NCBI GenBank assembly: GCA_027069035.1
Contig: JALXFI010000331.1
Span: forward strand, 1 to 45,475
Reading direction: 5' to 3'
Length of the DNA stretch: 45,475 nt
Source of the DNA: a bacterium
GTDB taxonomy: Bacteria; Desulfobacterota; GWC2-55-46; S146-80; JALXFI01
Positions 8,312 through 16,378 of this stretch are shown here, piece after piece. Each line of letters opens with the position of its first letter. The first letter of the stretch is position 1. The notes under the pieces were generated by a model that made no database searches, was not told the origin of the DNA, and saw only the letters and a program-made list of their open reading frames with translations. The translations under genes were made by a program, and so were the position numbers.

Positions 8312-9100
8312 TTATATTCTGCCTAATAATTTGTAATATAATAATCCAATATACTCATGCCATGCATATGTTATACTGTTCAGGTTCTCAACCCTGGGTA
8401 AAAAATCAAAAATATCAAAACCTTTATATGAAGATGCTACTTGATAATGAGAAGGGCTTGGCAACACGATGAAACCCTGGTTTTGGAATACGGCAGTCGC
8501 TCTTGGCAGGTGCAGAGCTGAGGTAACAAGAATAATAGGCTTTTCAAGAGACCAACCCAATCTTTTAAACACTTTTTTTGTTTCCACCGCATTCTCATAG
8601 GTGTTTCGAGACCTATCTTCAAGATAATAATTCCTTATAGACCATTGTTTAAAATAAGACTCTGCCACCCCAGCTTCTGATGGAATCTCTTTGGAGACAT
8701 CGCTTATCCCAGTACTGAAGATTATTGGTATTTTCCCATCAAGACTCTGGTATATCTCTACAGCATGATTTAAACGAGATAGCGAATCAAGCCCAAGCTG
8801 TGGAGAACCCCACTTACCTGGTAACGTTATACCTCCTCCCAACACCACGATTGCCTGAGCTTCATGATATTGATGATTGTCCATCTCACTCATCTTGTAG
8901 CTGGTTACTTCGAGAGGATAGAGTATCACATACTTAACTGGTGTCAGGCTTAATAAATAGATAATAACAACCAGAATCCTGACGCCATAGCGATATATAC
9001 GCTTCTGCCTATTCCTTAAAATGAACAAGACCAATAAGCATACCCATAAAAGGCTCCATGGCTTCGAAATAAAGTAGAACAGTTGTTTTAGAAAAAACAT
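8312..9100 (-). CDS. DUF218 (YdcF/ElyC/SanA-like) membrane-anchored protein
   Basis: 262 aa. Hydrophobic N-terminal helices. VVLGGGI and ILVTSALHLPRA blocks typical of DUF218. Confidence 0.7.
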   Translation of the reverse strand: MFFLKQLFYFISKPWSLLWVCLLVLFILRNRQKRIYRYGVRILVVIIYLLSLTPVKYVILYPLEVTSYKMSEMDNHQYHEAQAIVVLGGGITLPGKWGSPQLGLDSLSRLNHAVEIYQSLDGKIPIIFSTGISDVSKEIPSEAGVAESYFKQWSIRNYYLEDRSRNTYENAVETKKVFKRLGWSLEKPIILVTSALHLPRATAVFQNQGFIVLPSPSHYQVASSYKGFDIFDFLPRVENLNSITYAWHEYIGLLYYKLLGRI

Positions 9101-9121
9101 TTAATGGTATCTTAACTCCGC

Positions 9122-10459
9122 CTAAACCTGGAAGCTGGGCCATCTCTGTCTATTGTATCTATATGCCAGGTCACCTATATAGAGAATTAAAGAGACTATA
9201 AAATAAGTACAAACATTTAAGGGTGAGAAGTGGATGAGATTTGCTATTAGGATCAAAGAAAGCATTATACCAAGAAGAAACAGACGCTCATTGCTATCAT
9301 CCTTTTGCAGGTGAGTGTATTTTATAGCCTTACAGCACAATAAAACTACCCTTAAAAATAAAGTGAAAAACAGAAAGAACCCTACTAAGCCAATTAATGA
9401 CAGATAATGTTCAAAAAAATGAAATTCAGTCCCTATTATTGTTGAGGGTGAATATATGCCATATCCAAAAAGTGTATTGATAGGGTTATCAAGGAGCCTC
9501 TGGTGAATCTCTTTAAGGAGCTTAATAAAATGCCTTGCAAGAACTATATGAACGTTACTTGGAGTATCATTAATAGTATCCGACCAAAGTCCAAAGATAA
9601 AGCCAATATGCACCACAAAAAAAGAAAAGAGAAAGAATAATATTAATAAAGATATAATTATAATAAAAGACACCGAGTAATATATCTGTTTCTTAAGGAC
9701 TTTAAGGTGATTATTGCCTATGCTATAGTAAGCAAGGAAGGATATTGCTCCAATCATAAGCAAGATCGATGTCCTTGAAAGCGTTGTGATGATACCAATC
9801 ATCAGTAATCCTATGATATATTTAATCTTTCTTTTTATAGTAAAAATTTTATCTCCTACTACTATAACTATCAACAGTGAACTCAATATTAAAAATCCTC
9901 CCACCGTTCTGTTTAGAAAAATCCCAAGAGGGCGTATAAAAAGAGTAGGATTCTGCATGACACCAACAACATCTTGATAAAGGTAAAAACTCCTATATTT
10001 TGAAGAATAAAGCAGAAGAGCCTGGCTAAAAGACGGCATAAGATTAGTTAGAGCATTTACCATCTCAAAGATTACATAAGCCGCCGCTATTGTACCACCA
10101 ATAACAATTATTTTTAAGAAGTTATAAACACTCCTCGAACCAAAGGCAATTTTCAGAAAAAAATACATTGCTAGGGGGAAAGTTACGGTGTTCATATTTC
10201 TTACAACAGTTGGTATATCGAATTCTGTCATACCTATTGCTATTGTTAGTGAATAAAACACAAAGAATATTATTGACAAATCATATCTATTAAACTTATA
10301 TCTCTTAAGCAATATCGTGAGGATAGTAAGGTACTGAAGTCCAAATATTATACGATAATAAGGTAAATATATTCCTGTAAAAAGCGTTGTCCATATCGTT
10401 ATCTGGGTAGCTAAGAGTCCAAAAAGAAAGGAGAGATTTAACAAAGAGGTTATCTTCAT
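9122..10459 (-). CDS. Polytopic membrane protein, O-antigen polymerase (Wzy)-like
   Basis: 445 aa and almost entirely hydrophobic helices. ITTLSRTSILLMIGAISFLAY loop/helix resembles Wzy/ligase proteins. Lies between GT genes. Confidence 0.55.
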   Translation of the reverse strand: MKITSLLNLSFLFGLLATQITIWTTLFTGIYLPYYRIIFGLQYLTILTILLKRYKFNRYDLSIIFFVFYSLTIAIGMTEFDIPTVVRNMNTVTFPLAMYFFLKIAFGSRSVYNFLKIIVIGGTIAAAYVIFEMVNALTNLMPSFSQALLLYSSKYRSFYLYQDVVGVMQNPTLFIRPLGIFLNRTVGGFLILSSLLIVIVVGDKIFTIKRKIKYIIGLLMIGIITTLSRTSILLMIGAISFLAYYSIGNNHLKVLKKQIYYSVSFIIIISLLILFFLFSFFVVHIGFIFGLWSDTINDTPSNVHIVLARHFIKLLKEIHQRLLDNPINTLFGYGIYSPSTIIGTEFHFFEHYLSLIGLVGFFLFFTLFLRVVLLCCKAIKYTHLQKDDSNERLFLLGIMLSLILIANLIHFSPLNVCTYFIVSLILYIGDLAYRYNRQRWPSFQV

Positions 10460-10466
10460 TTATACC

Positions 10467-11372
10467 TCATAGTTTAATTTGTGCTAAGGATGCAGAGAAT
10501 AGGATCCATGTTTTGAGTGAGAATGGATACCTCTTTAGTGCTCTTGTTAAATATGATCTGGCAGAGATAAAATCTCCACTTTTAAGGAGGCTTCTACCCG
10601 CACCTCTCAGAACAGCCCCTCTTCTTTTGTTGAGCAAAAGTCTATAATAGGTATTCTTATAGGGCCATTGCCTGAAATGGTGATTAATAACATTTGAAAC
10701 ACTCTCTGTATGTCTATCAACACTTCCTGAATTTGACACCTCATGGACCCTCCAGTTACCCAGAACTTCATGGAGATAGGCTATATTACAACTTTTACTG
10801 AGTCTCAACCACAACTCGTAGTCTTCTGCTGTAACAAACCTCTTGTCTTCCGAAAACATACCTGCCGCTAATAATTTACTCTTTTTTACTGTGACGGCAG
10901 ATGTGGAAAGAGAATTGCCCTTAAAGAGCAAGTCTCTATATTTTCTGTAAGGACCATATCTGGCTCTCTTTATAATACTCTTGTCGTCTCCTTGAACAAA
11001 ATATTCGTCATTACATATAAGGTCTATCTCCGGATACATCATATAAAATTCAATGACCTTTTTTAGCTTATCAGCGAACCATAAATCATCTGAATCCAGA
11101 AATGCAATATAATATCCTCTGGACATCTTTATTGCGATATTCCTGGAGGTAGCTATTATCCCTTTATTGGAAAATTTTTTATATATGATTCGCTTATCTT
11201 GATATGCATAGGAATTTACAATCTCCTCTGTCCCATCATCTGAATAATTGTCAATAATTATGAGTTCATAATTATTATAAGTCTGATTTAATACAGACTC
11301 TATAGCCTCACCAACGAACATGGCTTGATTATAAGTGGGCATTACTACTGATACAAGAGGGCCTTTGCTCAT
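10467..11372 (-). CDS. Glycosyltransferase family 2
   Basis: 301 aa. VSVVMPTYNQAMFVGEAIESVLNQTY, IIIDNYSDDGT, FLDSDDLW. Confidence 0.85.
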   Translation of the reverse strand: MSKGPLVSVVMPTYNQAMFVGEAIESVLNQTYNNYELIIIDNYSDDGTEEIVNSYAYQDKRIIYKKFSNKGIIATSRNIAIKMSRGYYIAFLDSDDLWFADKLKKVIEFYMMYPEIDLICNDEYFVQGDDKSIIKRARYGPYRKYRDLLFKGNSLSTSAVTVKKSKLLAAGMFSEDKRFVTAEDYELWLRLSKSCNIAYLHEVLGNWRVHEVSNSGSVDRHTESVSNVINHHFRQWPYKNTYYRLLLNKRRGAVLRGAGRSLLKSGDFISARSYLTRALKRYPFSLKTWILFSASLAQIKL

Positions 11373-12346
11373 GATATATTAAACCCTTCACAAATTTCCA
11401 GGGTCTTTAATATCTCTGTTTCCATATCTCCTTTCAGATGAAAACCTGTACTTTTTAATTTCTCAATACTGAAGATGAAGGGATGTTGGGAATTTGATTG
11501 ACTGCTTTCAGTTATGGTAGTAGTTATATCTATTTTCTTTTTATATCTCTTATAGTAAACACTTGCTATTCGCCTTGCCACATCAAGAATACGCATACTA
11601 CATTCACCACCAAGATTATAGATACCGTCTCCCCACCTATCAGGGATGTTGAAAATAAAATGGTATACAGCACTTGCTATGTCATGGAGGGATATAAAAT
11701 CTCGATACTCTACGCCAGATGACCTCAGTATCATCTTCTGCTCAGTAACAGCCTGTTTACACAGATCATTAAAAACAAGCGTCCATCTATTAACAGCGAT
11801 ATCCATAGGATAGCCATATCCATTTGACAATCTAAGTATTAGGGTCTTTATGCCATGATAGTGAGTGAAATAATTGACAAAATCTTCAGCTGCTCTATGA
11901 GTGATAGCATAAGGATGGACAGGTCTCGTAACGGAGTCTTCTGTAATGATGGAGAAAGAGGACTTACCATATACATGGAAGGTGGAGAAATAAATAAATC
12001 TCTTCACATTACTCCTCTTTGCCATATTTAAAAGATTATAGGTACCTTTCGTATTAACTTCCAGAGCAAGTAGAGGGTTAGCTGCAGAATCGATTTCGTT
12101 CAAAGCAGCAAGATGTATGATAACGTCAATATCCTGCACGGATTTAGCTATTGAATCTTCTTCACACACGTCCATTTCGCGAATAATAAACTCTTCACTC
12201 CATTTGGGTAGTCCTTTACTTTTATTCCGTGTGGTCAGGATAATAGTTGCCCCTGGCGCCCTTTCTTTTAAATAAGCTGCTATTCGTCCTCCAAGATAAC
12301 CTAAACCCCCCGTTATTAAAATGTTCTTTAACAATTGACTTTTCAC
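11369..12346 (-). CDS. Extended SDR (NAD-dependent epimerase/dehydratase family), probable terminal 4-reductase of the CDP-6-deoxyhexose pathway; atypical Y-x-x-x-H motif
   Basis: 325 aa. GTG start in a GTGA overlap with the upstream stop. Rossmann motif ILITGGLGYLGG. Active-site region reads HPYAITHRAAE, with His where the YxxxK lysine is expected. Confidence 0.75.
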   Translation of the reverse strand: MKSQLLKNILITGGLGYLGGRIAAYLKERAPGATIILTTRNKSKGLPKWSEEFIIREMDVCEEDSIAKSVQDIDVIIHLAALNEIDSAANPLLALEVNTKGTYNLLNMAKRSNVKRFIYFSTFHVYGKSSFSIITEDSVTRPVHPYAITHRAAEDFVNYFTHYHGIKTLILRLSNGYGYPMDIAVNRWTLVFNDLCKQAVTEQKMILRSSGVEYRDFISLHDIASAVYHFIFNIPDRWGDGIYNLGGECSMRILDVARRIASVYYKRYKKKIDITTTITESSQSNSQHPFIFSIEKLKSTGFHLKGDMETEILKTLEICEGFNIS

Positions 12347-12783
12347 CAGTTATAGGATATACGCCTGTCGTATGGGTCCATCCTTACTACTTCATCTGGA
12401 TCATGGGGAATCGTAGCACAATTAGCCACAATGCTCTCCCTATGTGAAATGCCCTGGAACCCAGTCCATATCAAGGGAGGAATCTTTACAAGAACATAGT
12501 CATCATCGTCTCCTATAAATAGTTCTTGAATCATTCCCTGAGTAGGAGAGCCATCACGGTCATCGTAGAGAACAAGTTTTATCTTTCCTGAAGGCACTGC
12601 AAGGTTAAGGGTCATCTTCTTATGGAGCTTCCACGCCTTTACTACCCCCGGTCTGACGGTAGAAAAATATATCTCGCCAAAACCTTCAAATAATGGTGAA
12701 TCACAACGAAGCATATGCAACACCCTGCCTCGCTCATCCACCCTCTGTTTCAGTGGTTCTACAATTACCCCTTTAATAGACAT
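12343..12783 (-). CDS. RmlC-like cupin (NDP-4-keto-6-deoxyhexose 3,5-epimerase family, short form)
   Basis: 146 aa. DERGRVLHML, GEIYFSTVRPGVVKAWKLHKKMT, LVLYDDRDGSPTQG and IPPLIWTGFQ match the RmlC-type beta-barrel pattern. Confidence 0.7.
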   Translation of the reverse strand: MSIKGVIVEPLKQRVDERGRVLHMLRCDSPLFEGFGEIYFSTVRPGVVKAWKLHKKMTLNLAVPSGKIKLVLYDDRDGSPTQGMIQELFIGDDDDYVLVKIPPLIWTGFQGISHRESIVANCATIPHDPDEVVRMDPYDRRISYNW

Positions 12784-12799
12784 CTGATATACTCTAAAC

Positions 12800-13972
12800 T
12801 TAGGGTTTTATTTGGGTAAGAAGAGTATCGGCCTGTTTAGCCCATCTCATACCTCTCTTACAGGCAAGAGTCGTATAAAACTCTATCTGGCTAAGTGAAA
12901 AGCTGTACATATCTACTCCACCATCATAAAAAGCTTTATACCATTCAGCAGTCATCTGTAGAGACTCTTCAAAGGAAAGTATTGTATTCCATTTAAGAAG
13001 ATTACGTGCTTTCTCGCAGGATAACATCAACAGCATGTTTTCTCTTTTAACTTCTGCTTCTTCATTATTCCTCCAGCAACCTTCTCCCCAGTAATTGATG
13101 AATGTTTCTACCAGCTCTTTTACAGTATATGTCGTATTTCCATTAGGACCAAAGTTAAAACTTTCTCCATGAAGGAAACTGGATTGAGACAATTTTGCAC
13201 CGAGCCAGAGATAACCACTCAAAGGTTCAAGTACATATTGCCATGGACGTGTTGCCTGGGGATTCCTTATCTCAAGGCTCTCTCCCATTGAGAATGCCCT
13301 AACACAATCAGGCAAAATCCTATGAGGAGACCAGTCTCCACCACCTATAACGTTACCAGCCCTTACTGTTGCCATTCTCGGAGAGTTTTCTTTAAAAAAA
13401 AACGATTTCATGTAAGCATGGAAGGCTATTTCTGCACAAGCTTTAGAAGCACTGTAAGGGTCGTCTCCCCCCAATCTATCGTTCTCTCTATATCCCCACA
13501 ACCATTCAACATTTTGATAACACTTGTCGCTTGTTATGATAACACCTACTTCTACAGACTTTGAGTGACGAATGCACTCAAGCACATTTACTGTCCCCCC
13601 AAGATTTGTGAAGAATGTCTGTTGTGGTGAATCATATGCGTCTCGTGTTATTGCCTGGGCTGCAAGATGAAACACCATATCAGGTGAATACTCGTCAAAC
13701 ACCTTATTTAAGTGTTCAATATCTCTAACATCACCTGTAATATTGGTCATTTTATTCTTCAAGTTTAATATCTCAAAATTCGAAGGTTCTGTAGGGATAC
13801 CAATGGAGTATCCTACAACATTTGCCCCAAGGTTTATGAGCCATACACAAAGCCATGATCCTTTAAAACCAGTATGACCTGTAACAAGAACTGTTTTATC
13901 TTTATATACAGAATTAAAGGACATACTTTTTTGCCAGAATTTAGGCTCTACTACTCTTCCCACACCTTCCAC
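12800..13972 (-). CDS. rfbG: CDP-glucose 4,6-dehydratase
   Basis: 390 aa. FWQ...VLVTGHTGFKGSWLCVWL N-terminus and YSASKACAE (YxxxK). The start is a GTG at 13972; an alternative ATG at 13924 would remove the conserved FWQ. Confidence 0.85.
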   Translation of the reverse strand: MEGVGRVVEPKFWQKSMSFNSVYKDKTVLVTGHTGFKGSWLCVWLINLGANVVGYSIGIPTEPSNFEILNLKNKMTNITGDVRDIEHLNKVFDEYSPDMVFHLAAQAITRDAYDSPQQTFFTNLGGTVNVLECIRHSKSVEVGVIITSDKCYQNVEWLWGYRENDRLGGDDPYSASKACAEIAFHAYMKSFFFKENSPRMATVRAGNVIGGGDWSPHRILPDCVRAFSMGESLEIRNPQATRPWQYVLEPLSGYLWLGAKLSQSSFLHGESFNFGPNGNTTYTVKELVETFINYWGEGCWRNNEEAEVKRENMLLMLSCEKARNLLKWNTILSFEESLQMTAEWYKAFYDGGVDMYSFSLSQIEFYTTLACKRGMRWAKQADTLLTQIKP

Positions 13973-14769
13973 GGTGGATTACCCTTCTCCCACAGTTCAG
14001 ATAAGTATCTATAGTCTCTATATGTATCCATACACTGCCAGAAACCTCTATGATGAAAAACCTTTAGCTCTCCATCAGACGCAAGTCTTTCCAATGGTTC
14101 TCTTTCAAATACACAACCATCATCAGCCGAAAGATAATCAAAAAACCTTCTATTAAAGATGAAATATCCTCCGTTTATCGAACTATTATTAATCACCGGC
14201 TTTTCTTTAAAAGAAAGAACCTGATCTTTATTTATTAATAATTCCCCATATCTGGACGGAGGAGTTACACCTGTTATTGTCCCAATCTTGCCGTGACTCT
14301 TATGAAACCTAAGCAGTTTATTGATATTCAAATCTGTTATACCATCTCCATAGGTTAACATAAAGGTATCCCCATCGATAAAACCTTCTATTCTCTTTAT
14401 GCGCGCTCCTGTCATTGCATTCAATCCTGTATCTACAAGGGTAATCTTCCAGCCATATTCAGAATGTCTGGGATGTATATCAATTTTTCGTGTTCCAAGT
14501 TCTATAGTAAAATCATTGGAAAGCATTTCATAATGATAAAAATATTCCTTGATTACATATCCCTTGTAACCAAGACAGAGGATAAAATCTGTAAAGCCAT
14601 AATGTGCATAGATTTTCATTATATGCCATAGAATCGGCATACCACCTATTTCGACCATAGGTTTTGGTTTTATCTCAGTCTCTTCCCTTAATCTTGTTCC
14701 AAAACCACCACAAAGTATAACAACCTTTATACCTGTAGCTTTACCTTTATTTTTACCTTCTAAAGCCAT
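13951..14769 (-). CDS. rfbF: Glucose-1-phosphate cytidylyltransferase
   Basis: 272 aa. VVILCGGFGTRLREETEIKPKPMVEIGGMPILWHIMKIYAHYGF is the RfbF/DdhA N-terminal signature. Confidence 0.9.
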   Translation of the reverse strand: MALEGKNKGKATGIKVVILCGGFGTRLREETEIKPKPMVEIGGMPILWHIMKIYAHYGFTDFILCLGYKGYVIKEYFYHYEMLSNDFTIELGTRKIDIHPRHSEYGWKITLVDTGLNAMTGARIKRIEGFIDGDTFMLTYGDGITDLNINKLLRFHKSHGKIGTITGVTPPSRYGELLINKDQVLSFKEKPVINNSSINGGYFIFNRRFFDYLSADDGCVFEREPLERLASDGELKVFHHRGFWQCMDTYRDYRYLSELWEKGNPPWKVWEE

Positions 14770-14790
14770 TCCAGTCCAGTAAACTTTTTA

Positions 14791-16377
14791 TTATAAATTT
14801 AGAAGATCAATTAGTCGTTCTTCAGTTGCCTTTCTAAAAAACATGTCTCTGTAATTCTTTGATAATTCAACTATACGATGGATATTCCTGTCTCTAAAAG
14901 CCATTAGCCTTTCATATGCTCGTATCAATTCATCTGCATCAAAGGCAATATCCCATATTTCACCTTTACCGATATCAGGAAGACAGTTAAATGTTATACC
15001 CCTATCATTACCAATTGAAATGACAGAACATCCCATTGTTGCTGCTTCTAAAATAGCACCACTTGAGCCAGAGGAGATCACCACTTTTGTCCTGTCACAG
15101 AGATGATCCAGCTTCTCTTTTGTTATAACCCATCCATCAGGTATTACAAATCCTGGATTATCAACCAGATGATTTGGATGAAGCTTAATTAATACATTGT
15201 TTTCTTTGCCAATCTGCGATGCTGAAACTACGTTTATAATATTCTTAGAGTCCTCAATATGAATTGTTAAAAGAATCAGAATATTATCTCTTTTTATCAG
15301 TTCTTTGTTATTATAATCTTTCCTAAATAGATAATCATACCTTGGTGATACACCAAGCTTATGTTTAAAATTCTTATCTGCGATTGATAGATATGCCTTT
15401 CCTGAAACCAGTATTTCATCCGGCACTAAATTGTATATTTTTTCATTTTTGATAGGGTATATATGTAACCAGAAGGAGAAGGGTATAAAGAACTGACACC
15501 CATATATATAACAATCTACAGTTGAGTCTCTGATACCCCTGTACAAAAACTTGTCATGGCGGCTATTCTCATACCAGCTTACTACCTTCAGACTTCTCTC
15601 TGATAGTCTATTTAATCTTCTCCCCACCAGATAGCTTACAAAGGCAAGTAACTCATTACCGTCAAGGCTGTTGATCAATTCTCTCTTCAATATCACATCA
15701 AAGGAATCGTCAATCTTAAGCTTAAGCACCTGCAATATTACAATGGGATATAAGAGAATAAAGTGCAGTAATCTAAAATAATCACTGATGGTTAAGAGTT
15801 CATACTCGGTAATAAAGATGTTACTATCCTCTGCAAGCATATTGTATGTACGCCATCTCTTCCTAAACTCATAAATCTTAACGCCTGAAAGGAGAGATAA
15901 TATGACATACTGTTTATTTCTCTTCTCTAAAACATCATACATCTTTCCAAAATATGGATCATAAAATCTATCATTTGGGAAATTCTTTTCAACCATTACA
16001 AAAGTATCTATCACAAAGAGCTCTTTGTCAGGGTCTAAAAGCTTCTTATTTTTTGAAGTGAGATTTAATTTTGATATTCTATAAACGAAGAAGTTTAAAG
16101 TAAATAATATAAAACATACGGACGCCTTGGAATAATATTTTATTAGTTTTTTAAAGAGATTAAACCAGTTGATTTTATAGCTTAATTTAATATTTTTAAA
16201 CAAAATCCTTATAGCATCTTCTATAAAAGCACTGGGAACAGGGTCCCTTGTGGTTACAGGGTTGGCTATAAAATAAATATTCTTACAGCACTTCAACACT
16301 ACCCTGTTCATATATTCATTTATGGCAGAACCAATCTCTTTCTGGACGTTGGTATTTTTAGCTATCTCCCTCCACAT
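14791..16377 (-). CDS. Large uncharacterised protein with a GT-B-like C-terminal half (candidate CMP-/CDP-sugar-dependent transferase)
   Basis: About 528 aa from the ATG at 16377 (the ORF-track start at 16395 is a TTG). Hydrophobic helices SVCFILFTLNFFVYRI and LLHFILLYPIVILQVL. C-terminal VLIKLHPNH (HP motif) followed by VVISSGSSGAILEAATMGCSVISIG. Confidence 0.4.
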   Translation of the reverse strand: MWREIAKNTNVQKEIGSAINEYMNRVVLKCCKNIYFIANPVTTRDPVPSAFIEDAIRILFKNIKLSYKINWFNLFKKLIKYYSKASVCFILFTLNFFVYRISKLNLTSKNKKLLDPDKELFVIDTFVMVEKNFPNDRFYDPYFGKMYDVLEKRNKQYVILSLLSGVKIYEFRKRWRTYNMLAEDSNIFITEYELLTISDYFRLLHFILLYPIVILQVLKLKIDDSFDVILKRELINSLDGNELLAFVSYLVGRRLNRLSERSLKVVSWYENSRHDKFLYRGIRDSTVDCYIYGCQFFIPFSFWLHIYPIKNEKIYNLVPDEILVSGKAYLSIADKNFKHKLGVSPRYDYLFRKDYNNKELIKRDNILILLTIHIEDSKNIINVVSASQIGKENNVLIKLHPNHLVDNPGFVIPDGWVITKEKLDHLCDRTKVVISSGSSGAILEAATMGCSVISIGNDRGITFNCLPDIGKGEIWDIAFDADELIRAYERLMAFRDRNIHRIVELSKNYRDMFFRKATEERLIDLLNL

Positions 16378-16378
16378 A

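Noticed and set aside
13924-13972. Shortening rfbG to the ATG at 13924
   Set aside because: The longer GTG-initiated form retains the FWQ motif that I recall from the RfbG/DdhB N-terminus, and it has a GGAG/AAGGG purine tract upstream. The ATG at 13924 has no SD. I kept 13972, but the start remains uncertain.
11369-14769. Interpreting rfbF/rfbG as a 3,6-dideoxyhexose (abequose/paratose/tyvelose/ascarylose) pathway
   Set aside because: No RfbH/DdhC-like PMP-dependent dehydrase or RfbI/DdhD-like iron-sulfur reductase is recognisable in the window. The partner genes are instead an RmlC-like cupin and a single SDR.
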